Shown here: one piece after another, positions 25,332-31,868 of the stretch
Layout of the letters: each line of letters begins with the position of its first letter
How positions within the stretch are numbered: the stretch's first letter is position 1
Assembly: GCA_028710695.1 (NCBI GenBank)
Contig: JAQTTP010000003.1
Coordinates: 60,001 to 92,000 of the forward strand
Direction: 5' to 3'
DNA from: Candidatus Iainarchaeum sp.
GTDB taxonomy: Archaea; Iainarchaeota; Iainarchaeia; Iainarchaeales; 0-14-0-20-30-16
Length of the DNA: 32,000 bases
Notes under the pieces: model-generated
The model's database searches: none
Told to the model about the DNA's origin: nothing
The model's input: only the letters and a program-made list of their open reading frames with translations
Program-made: the position numbers and the translations under genes

Positions 25332-25691
25332 ATGGCGATTAAATTAAATGAAAAGGGTGCAATAATAATTGCAATTGGCATTGCGTTTGTAGTAATAATA
25401 CTGCTGCCAATTGTGTTTATGCAAATCTTTTCAATTTCAAAGCCTCTATTTCAGATTATAATTGCCTTTGTTATAATGGGGTATATACGAAATGTTGGAA
25501 TAGAAGGAATACCATTTTGGACTTTGTCTGCTATTCTAATATACTTTTTAGCTTGGAAATATGTTGAGATTGCTTCAAGCTTTTATGTTTTGATGTTATT
25601 AATGGGTTTAGGATTTACTTCATCTTTGATCTGGGGTTCAATATTCTTTACTGGGCTTTTGAAAAATAGAAAAATGGCGAAGCAAGGATAA
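25332..25691 (+). CDS. Small polytopic membrane protein (about 4 TM)
   Basis: It starts 4 nt after the preceding stop, with aggt upstream. Hydrophobic segments are AIIIAIGIAFVVIILLPIVF, IIIAFVIMGYI, FWTLSAILIYFLAW and FYVLMLLMGLGFTSSLIWGSIFFTGLL. Confidence 0.7.
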   Translation: MAIKLNEKGAIIIAIGIAFVVIILLPIVFMQIFSISKPLFQIIIAFVIMGYIRNVGIEGIPFWTLSAILIYFLAWKYVEIASSFYVLMLLMGLGFTSSLIWGSIFFTGLLKNRKMAKQG

Positions 25692-25725
25692 CTATAAAAA
25701 CAAAATTGTGTTATATAGTGATAAT

Positions 25726-25971
25726 ATGAATTGGATTCTGTTAGTTGCTGATGTAGGAACATTTAAAGGGGATGTATGGTTAGCCCTGTTCCTTTACGTA
25801 AGTATAATGGTTTTTGCATGGGCAAAAGGAAAGCTTGGAAGCCCAGAAGTAGCTATTTTGTATACAATCATAATGATGTTTTTGGTGTTTTATCAGCACG
25901 ATGTTCTAATTTGGCTTGCCTTGGGACTATACCTTTACCAGACCTATGGTAAGGAGATATTCAAGGGCTGA
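25726..25971 (+). CDS. Small polytopic membrane protein (about 3 TM)
   Basis: The track ORF starts at GTG 25708. The ATG at 25726 is preferred because the SD-like gtgat (25718-25722) precedes it. Hydrophobic segments are VWLALFLYVSIMVFAWA, VAILYTIIMMFLVFY and VLIWLALGLYLY. Confidence 0.65.
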   Translation: MNWILLVADVGTFKGDVWLALFLYVSIMVFAWAKGKLGSPEVAILYTIIMMFLVFYQHDVLIWLALGLYLYQTYGKEIFKG

Positions 25972-25976
25972 TCTGA

Positions 25977-26315
25977 ATGGAAATTTTCTCCTTTATAATC
26001 TCGATGTTTGTAATGATGGTTGCATCGCAATATGGGTTATATTGGCTTATGATAATAGTTGCGGGTGTTGCTGCTTTCATGTCTAAGGAGAAGAAAGTAC
26101 TGATAATTTTTGTGATTTATATTGCAATCCTGTATTTCATAAAGGGCACTGCCTATGAATCTTATGGAATTTATGTTGCTGCAGTAATCATTGTGGTTTA
26201 TTTAATCTTGAATAAAGGGGATTCTGGTGGTGAAGAAGAAGCACTGGGCGGAATGGGAGATCAATATGGTGATCTTCTGAAGGGCCTTGGCGGCGGTGGC
26301 GGCGGGGGAATGTAA
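25977..26315 (+). CDS. Small polytopic membrane protein (about 4 TM) with acidic, poly-Gly C-terminal tail
   Basis: It starts 5 nt after the preceding stop, with tgatc upstream. Hydrophobic segments are FSFIISMFVMMVA, LYWLMIIVAGVAAFM, VLIIFVIYIAILYFI and IYVAAVIIVVYLIL. The tail is DSGGEEEALGGMGDQYGDLLKGLGGGGGGGM. Confidence 0.7.
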   Translation: MEIFSFIISMFVMMVASQYGLYWLMIIVAGVAAFMSKEKKVLIIFVIYIAILYFIKGTAYESYGIYVAAVIIVVYLILNKGDSGGEEEALGGMGDQYGDLLKGLGGGGGGGM

Positions 26316-26422
26316 ATTCCTGAAGGAATTGTGAAGGAAAACCCCCCAAAAAGACCAAGAAACCTTTATAAAGCTATGTTATATTGATTATATATATTAT
26401 ATATAGAGCGATGTGAAGTATC

Positions 26423-26767
26423 ATGAAGTTATTAATTGCTTTGTTATTAGGAATATTGGTATTTGGATTGATGAACAACTCATCCCTGTTAAGTATAGGT
26501 CTAATTTTGTTAGGAGTTTACCTATTGTTTAACATAGTACAGGGTGCAAAGAGCAATGCAAGTACTTTGAAGAAGTTTGTTGATGTTAAGGAAATTAACT
26601 TCGACAATCTAAAATGCCCTGAGGGTATTGTGGACAATATGTTGAAGGATGCCGGAAAAGTTACAAAGAATATGCTTAACGGAAACAAGACTGAAAACAT
26701 AGGAAAGGCATTGCATAACGGAACTTATAATGCTTTACAAGACGTTGGTGCTCCTTTCAAGAACTAG
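26423..26767 (+). CDS. Small membrane protein (two N-terminal hydrophobic helices + about 70-aa soluble domain), unknown function
   Basis: The N-terminus is MKLLIALLLGILVFGLMNNSSLLSIGLILLGVYLLFNIV, followed by a polar domain. It is separated from the upstream operon by 107 nt containing A/T boxes (tttataaa at 26365-26372 and tatatatattatatata further on), so it probably has its own promoter. Confidence 0.6.
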   Translation: MKLLIALLLGILVFGLMNNSSLLSIGLILLGVYLLFNIVQGAKSNASTLKKFVDVKEINFDNLKCPEGIVDNMLKDAGKVTKNMLNGNKTENIGKALHNGTYNALQDVGAPFKN

Positions 26768-26782
26768 TACAACGCCTAAACC

Positions 26783-26803
26783 TTTTTTTTATTGGTTTTT
26801 TTT
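26783..26803 (+). terminator. Double oligo-T terminator
   Basis: T8 (26783-26790) and T8 (26796-26803) lie 16 nt after the stop at 26767. Confidence 0.5.
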
Positions 26804-26858
26804 CAAAATCTAATCTTTAATGGCAAAAATTATAAGCCCTACTTGATAATATGTAAAT

Positions 26859-27524
26859 ATGCAAGTTAAAAGCCTTATAAAAAAGTTTGACGAACTACAA
26901 CTTGTGTACGGAGACCAAAACTTAGATGCGATTTGTGGTGCGGGGCAAATTCAAAACCCTCAACTCTGTTTAGTGTTTATGAATCCAACTGGAAGGAATG
27001 TATCTTCAAGCAAAAGCTGGAAAGGGCTAAAAGCCCCCTGGATTGGCACAAAGAATGTTTGGAAGATGTTTTCTCAACTTGGTTTTTTTGACTCTGCTTT
27101 TTTTAAGGAAATTGAAAATAAAAGTCCAGATGATTGGGATTATGAATTCGCTAACAAAGTTTATTCTAAAGTTAGAGATAGTTCTATCTATATTACTAAT
27201 TTATCAAAGGCAACACAGGCAGATGCAAGGCACCTTAAGAATGAGGTCTTTAGAGATTATTTAGAGGTATTTTTTGAAGAAATAAGTACTGTCAAGCCGC
27301 AAATTATAATTGCCTTTGGTAATCAAGTAAGTTCGGTTTTACTTGATAAAACTATTAAAGTATCGGATTATCGTAAAAAATGTGAAAACCTTGAAATTGA
27401 TGGAAATGCAATCAAAGTTTTTCCTGTATATTATCCTGTTGGGCAAGGTCAGAGAAACATAGAAAAAGCAAAAGAAGATATTAGCTGGATTCTTAAAACG
27501 CAACTTGCTGGCTTAAAGCTTTAA
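26859..27524 (+). CDS. Uracil-DNA glycosylase superfamily protein (non-canonical motifs)
   Basis: The overall layout matches the UDG fold. Motif-1 position: LCLVFMNPTGRN (compare GINPG/GMNPG of MUG/SMUG-type and GEAPG of family 4). There is a central IIIAFGNQVSSVLL strand and a late motif VYYPVGQGQRN at the HPS-type position. Family assignment is uncertain. Confidence 0.55.
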   Translation: MQVKSLIKKFDELQLVYGDQNLDAICGAGQIQNPQLCLVFMNPTGRNVSSSKSWKGLKAPWIGTKNVWKMFSQLGFFDSAFFKEIENKSPDDWDYEFANKVYSKVRDSSIYITNLSKATQADARHLKNEVFRDYLEVFFEEISTVKPQIIIAFGNQVSSVLLDKTIKVSDYRKKCENLEIDGNAIKVFPVYYPVGQGQRNIEKAKEDISWILKTQLAGLKL

Positions 27525-28046
27525 CTTGTATATCCCAAAGGTTAGATCCCTTACTTTTAAGGCCTTTTTTCTTGAAAAACCTTCTTTTGTAAGTAGGCTT
27601 GTTGATGCAGGGTTATAATGTGGTTTCTCTACAATTACTGCATAGATTGCTTTGTATCCTTCTGCCTTCGCATCTGAAATAAGCTGTTTTGTTAGTTCTG
27701 AACCTAAGTCTTGATCTTGTTTATGCTTTGCAACTCCTAAAAGGTCCCAGTAAATGAAGTCCTTTTCTGTCTCTTTGGAGAAATAGATTATGATTGGATC
27801 TCTGTCTTTGTCTAATTTTCGCAATGCTTTTTGCTCATAAGCCATATTGAAGCCAATAACTTTCTTGCGGTCTAGGACAACATAGCAAAAATTAGAATTC
27901 TTTATTCTGTTTGAGATTGTGCCTATCTTTGGGATATTATAATCTACAAATCCGGTATCTTTTTTTGAGTTGGCAGGAATAGTTAATTCTTTTATTATTT
28001 TTTGGATATCTTTGGCGTCTTTTGCCTTTGCTTTTATTATCTCCAT
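27513..28046 (-). CDS. GNAT-family N-acetyltransferase-like protein
   Basis: MEIIKAKAKDAKDIQKI..., VVLDRKKVIGF, WDLLGVAKHKQDQDLGSELTKQLISDAKAEGYKAIYAVIV...NPASTSLLTKEGF follows the GNAT beta4-alpha3 (Q/RxxGxG/A-like QDLGSE) and beta5-alpha4 pattern. Confidence 0.55.
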   Translation of the reverse strand: MEIIKAKAKDAKDIQKIIKELTIPANSKKDTGFVDYNIPKIGTISNRIKNSNFCYVVLDRKKVIGFNMAYEQKALRKLDKDRDPIIIYFSKETEKDFIYWDLLGVAKHKQDQDLGSELTKQLISDAKAEGYKAIYAVIVEKPHYNPASTSLLTKEGFSRKKALKVRDLTFGIYKLKL

Positions 28047-28118
28047 GTTATAAGATGTGCATTAAAGTTTAAAAGATTAACACAAACTAATAAAAAATAG
28101 TTTTGTTTATATTATACG

Positions 28119-28781
28119 ATGTTGTCATATACTTTTATAGAGGGCTTCCTAGAAAAACACTTAGAAAAAAATAAAGTTATTGCTTTAGGAACATCAATGA
28201 CCTCACAGAAAATAATTAAGCAAATGGCTTTACATAATGTGATTAAAGACCTGAAGCTTAGAATTGTGCCTACTTCTTTGGAGATTGCACATGTTTTGAG
28301 TGAGTTCAATATTCCTTTGGCAAAGCCAGAAGAGCATATAGATTTGGTTATTGAGTTTGGAAGCTTTGCGGATAAGTTCTGTAATTATGTTAAAACTGAC
28401 ACTACTTCTCTGGTTATAGATAAGATCATTGCTAACATGGCTTCTAAAGTATTTGTGTTCCTTGAAGCAGAGAAATATGAAAATTATTATGATTTAACTA
28501 TTCCATTCGAAGTATCTACTTTTTGTATTAAACACACTTTGAACTCTTTAAGTGCTTTTGGGGAAGCGAAACTGAGAAAGAAAGATGGTAGAGCAGTAAG
28601 AACTGTTGGTGGAAACTATTTAATTGATCTAGAATTAAACAAAAGTATTTCTTTTGATGACTTAGAGTACAAGACAAGACAAATCCCTGGTGTCTTTGAA
28701 ACTGGATGCTTTTTAGGCGAAGCAGATAAAATATATTTGGTCCATAAAAATAAAATAGAGAAGAAATTGGACCGATTGTGA
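28119..28781 (+). CDS. Ribose-5-phosphate isomerase A-like protein with degenerate active-site motifs
   Basis: It is colinear with RpiA: VIALGTSMTS (GTGST), VPTS, IDLVIEFGSFAD (DGADE), VKTDTTSLVIDK (KGGGGAL.REK), IPFEV (PVEV), RTVGGNYLIDL (TDNGN.I.D), IPGVFETGCF (IPGVV..GLF). Confidence 0.6.
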   Translation: MLSYTFIEGFLEKHLEKNKVIALGTSMTSQKIIKQMALHNVIKDLKLRIVPTSLEIAHVLSEFNIPLAKPEEHIDLVIEFGSFADKFCNYVKTDTTSLVIDKIIANMASKVFVFLEAEKYENYYDLTIPFEVSTFCIKHTLNSLSAFGEAKLRKKDGRAVRTVGGNYLIDLELNKSISFDDLEYKTRQIPGVFETGCFLGEADKIYLVHKNKIEKKLDRL

Positions 28782-28787
28782 TTCGCT

Positions 28788-29984
28788 ATGCGTGTGGCTT
28801 TTATTTCAGATACTCATCTAGGGTTTTCTAAGCATAAAGTTGAACTTGACTCCTATATCTATGCAGAACAAGCCTTAAAGATCGCTAAAGAAAAAGCGGA
28901 TTTGATTGTTTTGCCTGGAGACATATTTGATAGCTCAAGCCCTGGCGAAGACTGTTTATCTAAGGCGTTTTCTATTTTGCAAATATTTAAGGGGTTTGAA
29001 TCTAAAGCAAAAATGATTGGGGTTGTAGATAGAAGGCAACATAATAGTCAAATTACTTTGGGTATGCCAATAGTTGCTATTCCTGGTACTCACGAATACA
29101 AACTGAAAGAAGATGGTCCTTTAGAAGTATTAGAAAATGCGGGATATCTTGTTTGCTTGCATGCGGGCTATTGTAAAATACAGAAAGGGGAAGAAATAGT
29201 TAATATTTTTGGAATGAAAGGTGTTCCTGAGCAGGTTGCAAGAGATGCTCTGAAAAAACTTTCTTTTATTCCGCAAGATGGAAAGAATATTCTTGTTTTG
29301 CATCAGTCTTTTAAGGAACTTCTGCCGTTTAATGACGAGATGGTGGCTACTTTAGAATACAAAGATCTGCCGTCTGGATTTGACTTGTATGTTAATGGGC
29401 ATATCCATCAGCATAAAACTTTTGAATTGGATTCAGGAGTATTTCTTATCCCTGGTTCTACAATAAACACCCAGGTTAGAAAGTCGGAAATTAAACATAG
29501 GAAAGGGTTTGTTGTTTATGACACAGAATCAAAGAATGTGGAATTCGTGGAAATTCCTATTCAGAGGCAGTATAAGTATTTAGAATTGGATGTTTCTAAT
29601 GGGCTTGAAGATCAGGAAATTATATTTGACGGATTAAAACCGGTGTCTTATTCTTTATTTGGAAAAGAAGTTGTTCTTGAGCCATATGTGAAAGTTAAGA
29701 TTGTTGGGGAAATTGATGAACATAAGAAAAACATTTTGCAGACCATAAAGAAAAGAGATGGGTTTATTATTGACGTTGAGAAGGATCTTTCTGTAATTGA
29801 GCAGAAAATAAAAGATATTGACCTAAAAGCTATAAGAGATGGGGCAATTACAACTGCAGAGAATGTGTTCTTTGACAATTTGTATAGCTCAGGGTTTAAG
29901 AAGTCATTTGACTTAAAACAGGTTTTTGAATATCTTAAAGAAGAAAAGCCAGATAAGGTAATGGAACACCTGGAGAAAGATTAG
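28788..29984 (+). CDS. mre11: Mre11/SbcD-like DNA repair metallophosphoesterase
   Basis: Calcineurin-like phosphoesterase motifs appear in order: ISDTHLG (I), LPGDIFD (II), IPGTHE (III, N to T variant), VLHQ (IV), VNGHIHQH (V). An SD gtgat lies upstream. The 398-aa size fits archaeal Mre11. Confidence 0.65.
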   Translation: MRVAFISDTHLGFSKHKVELDSYIYAEQALKIAKEKADLIVLPGDIFDSSSPGEDCLSKAFSILQIFKGFESKAKMIGVVDRRQHNSQITLGMPIVAIPGTHEYKLKEDGPLEVLENAGYLVCLHAGYCKIQKGEEIVNIFGMKGVPEQVARDALKKLSFIPQDGKNILVLHQSFKELLPFNDEMVATLEYKDLPSGFDLYVNGHIHQHKTFELDSGVFLIPGSTINTQVRKSEIKHRKGFVVYDTESKNVEFVEIPIQRQYKYLELDVSNGLEDQEIIFDGLKPVSYSLFGKEVVLEPYVKVKIVGEIDEHKKNILQTIKKRDGFIIDVEKDLSVIEQKIKDIDLKAIRDGAITTAENVFFDNLYSSGFKKSFDLKQVFEYLKEEKPDKVMEHLEKD

Positions 29985-31438
29985 TTCTCACAAGCCCCAC
30001 ACAACATATAATTTAAATGTGATTTTACCTTTTCTTTTTGTTCTTGTGGAGTGAAATATAAGGCGGCTTTACAAAAGTCGCTGTTACTTATTTTCTTACT
30101 TGTATATTTGTATTTTTCTAATACTAATTTAAGTGTGTTTATTGTATTCTCTTTGCCAATATTAAAATAGAGGTATTCCAGAATGAGGTATCTGCCTGCA
30201 TAACTTGATTTTATATAGTCTCCAGTTAAGTCACAAACTGGCTTATTAAAGTCAATGGTCTTTAAGTTGTTGTAAAGTCCGTCTTTATAATCATCTAATA
30301 CTGTGGAATATGCTGTGTGCCCAATTCCTATTGAATCAAAGTCGTTTTTGAAGTCTGTAATTAATATAAGCGGCAGTACACTAGATGGCGCCTCAGTTAA
30401 CCATTCTTGACACATCCCATTAAAAAAATAAGAATGAACTAATTCATGGCCTAACAGCCAGGGATGATTTACTCCGGACTCTCCCCCAATAACTATTGAT
30501 CCTGGGCTTCCCAGGGCTGCGTTTCCAAATGATTGGACAATTATGTCCTTGCAGGGGAATTGAACAATATAACTTTGAATCTGTGGAATATACTTTTCCA
30601 ATATTATTTTGCCTTGGTTTGCAATCTCTAGTCGTTCCGTAGTTGGATCTGGCACGAAAATTGTAATTCCTACTCCTTCGCTTGAAGAAGTGATTTCGTC
30701 TACTTCTATGTTTAAATCAGTATAATTCCACTTTTTTACATATTCAGGGGTAAGACAATTAAACGGATCTTCCTTTAGTTCCATAATTCCATAAACTTCT
30801 TGTAAAGCATTGCCATAATTTATCTCTTCATGTGCTTGTTCATTACAATAGTGGTTATCGCAAATTAAGCCAGACAAACAATCTGAGTCTTGATTGCAAG
30901 CTCCATATGTTAGTTCACATGATTTGTTATTGCAGTATTCCCAATTGTCACAATCATCATCATATACACATTTATTTTCTTCTAGTTTGCAAGAGTTATT
31001 GATGCAGATGTAAGGCAGATTACAACTTGGGTTATTGTATTCACAGCCATCTTTTAAGAAACAATTTCCGCTAGAACAATAATGCTGATTGTCACAATAT
31101 TTGTTTTTATATCCTTCAAAGTTTTCACAACATTGATAAGGGCAATCAAGGATAATTGGGGTGGTTGGCTTTGTACCTGTGGTTGTTGTGTTTGTGTCGG
31201 GAGTTGTTTTTGTTTGGATATTTGTAATTGTTTGTTCTGTGTTTATATCTTTTTTACATTGCCAATATTCACTACACTTAAACCCTTCTTGGCAGCCTTT
31301 GTCTAAATATTGGGAATCATCATAGCAACATTCAAAAGGGCAGGCTTTCTTTTGATCTGTAATATTGTCCGTAATACAGCCAGATAGGGAAAGCACAATT
31401 ATTGAAAGTATAAGTAAAGTAAGCAAGTATTTTGTCAT
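29981..31438 (-). CDS. Secreted/lipid-anchored Cys-rich zinc metalloprotease (HExxH...E gluzincin-like)
   Basis: The signal peptide has a lipobox-like end, MTKYLLTLLILSIIVLSLSGC. Two CP(F/Y)(E/Q)CC...C modules are separated by a Thr-rich linker (TKTTPDTNTTTTGTKPTTP), followed by DxDC-type Cys repeats. The C-terminal domain carries LLGHELVHSYFFNGMCQEWLTEA (an HExxH with a WLxE glutamate downstream, as in M1-like gluzincins). Confidence 0.65.
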   Translation of the reverse strand: MTKYLLTLLILSIIVLSLSGCITDNITDQKKACPFECCYDDSQYLDKGCQEGFKCSEYWQCKKDINTEQTITNIQTKTTPDTNTTTTGTKPTTPIILDCPYQCCENFEGYKNKYCDNQHYCSSGNCFLKDGCEYNNPSCNLPYICINNSCKLEENKCVYDDDCDNWEYCNNKSCELTYGACNQDSDCLSGLICDNHYCNEQAHEEINYGNALQEVYGIMELKEDPFNCLTPEYVKKWNYTDLNIEVDEITSSSEGVGITIFVPDPTTERLEIANQGKIILEKYIPQIQSYIVQFPCKDIIVQSFGNAALGSPGSIVIGGESGVNHPWLLGHELVHSYFFNGMCQEWLTEAPSSVLPLILITDFKNDFDSIGIGHTAYSTVLDDYKDGLYNNLKTIDFNKPVCDLTGDYIKSSYAGRYLILEYLYFNIGKENTINTLKLVLEKYKYTSKKISNSDFCKAALYFTPQEQKEKVKSHLNYMLCGACEN

Positions 31439-31483
31439 AATTTAATTAGGAAATAGTTGTATAAATAACATTTGTTGTTGAGA

Positions 31484-31555
31484 TGCCCCGGCCGGGAATT
31501 GAACCCGGGTCGAAAGAGTGAGAGTCTTTCGTGATAGCCACTACACTACCGGGGC
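31484..31555 (-). tRNA. tRNA-Glu (anticodon CTC), 72 nt, no encoded CCA
   Basis: The reverse complement folds as follows: acceptor gccccgg/ccggggc; D arm gtgt-agtggcta-tcac; anticodon stem aaaga/tcttt with loop ctCTCac; variable cgac; T arm ccggg-ttcaatt-cccgg; discriminator a. Confidence 0.88.
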
Positions 31556-31557
31556 AC

Positions 31558-31577
31558 TAGCCTTTTAATAAAGGCTA
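31558..31577. repeat. Palindromic hairpin 2 nt from the 5' end of tRNA-Glu
   Basis: tagccttt (31558-31565), loop taat, aaaggcta (31570-31577): a perfect 8-bp stem. Its core cctttTAATaaagg resembles the ctttcttttAATaaaagaaag element upstream of tRNA-Arg. Confidence 0.55.
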
Positions 31578-31745
31578 AGTTTGCCAAAATTGGGTCCATC
31601 TTCGCGGCTAGCCGCTCGATAACCCTTACTTACTTTTTTGGAGAGCTTACCGTTTTCTTTCTTTTATGAACTTAAGCTCTTCCAAGAATCTTTTTTGCAA
31701 AGCAAAAAAATTCAGGGGCTAAAGCAGTTTGTGAAACAAACTGGC

Positions 31746-31777
31746 TTTTTCTTTTCTTTTTTGAAAAGAAAGAAAAA
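31746..31777. repeat. Polypyrimidine/polypurine hairpin immediately 3' of tRNA-Leu (possible bidirectional terminator)
   Basis: tttttcttttctttt (31746-31760), loop ttg, aaaagaaagaaaaa (31764-31777): a 14-bp stem with one bulged T. It has the same arm family as the hairpins flanking tRNA-Arg. Confidence 0.5.
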
Positions 31778-31784
31778 CTTAGAG

Positions 31785-31868
31785 TGCTGGAGGCAGGACT
31801 TGAACCTGCGAAGGCACTAAGCCAACAGATCTTGAGTCTGTCCCGTTTGACCGCTTCGGTACCCCAGC
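31785..31868 (-). tRNA. tRNA-Leu (anticodon CAA), 84 nt, class II with long variable arm, no encoded CCA
   Basis: The reverse complement folds as follows: acceptor gctgggg/ctccagc (one G-U pair); D arm ccg-aagcggtcaaa-cgg; anticodon stem acaga/tctgt with loop ctCAAga; 15-nt variable arm tggcttagtgccttc; T arm gcagg-ttcaagt-cctgc; discriminator a. Confidence 0.88.

Noticed and set aside
25708-25725. A GTG start for the third small membrane protein.
   Set aside because: The ATG at 25726 is preceded by the SD-like gtgat, and the extra six codons (LYSDN) add nothing hydrophobic. The GTG start cannot be excluded.
25142-31306. Nested or antisense ORFs 25142-25381, 26518-26700, 27043-27264, 28112-28309, 29648-29878 and 31082-31306.
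   Set aside because: Each lies within or antisense to a longer ORF with a better start context and recognisable features. Their products are low-complexity or Cys/Phe-rich antisense artefacts.
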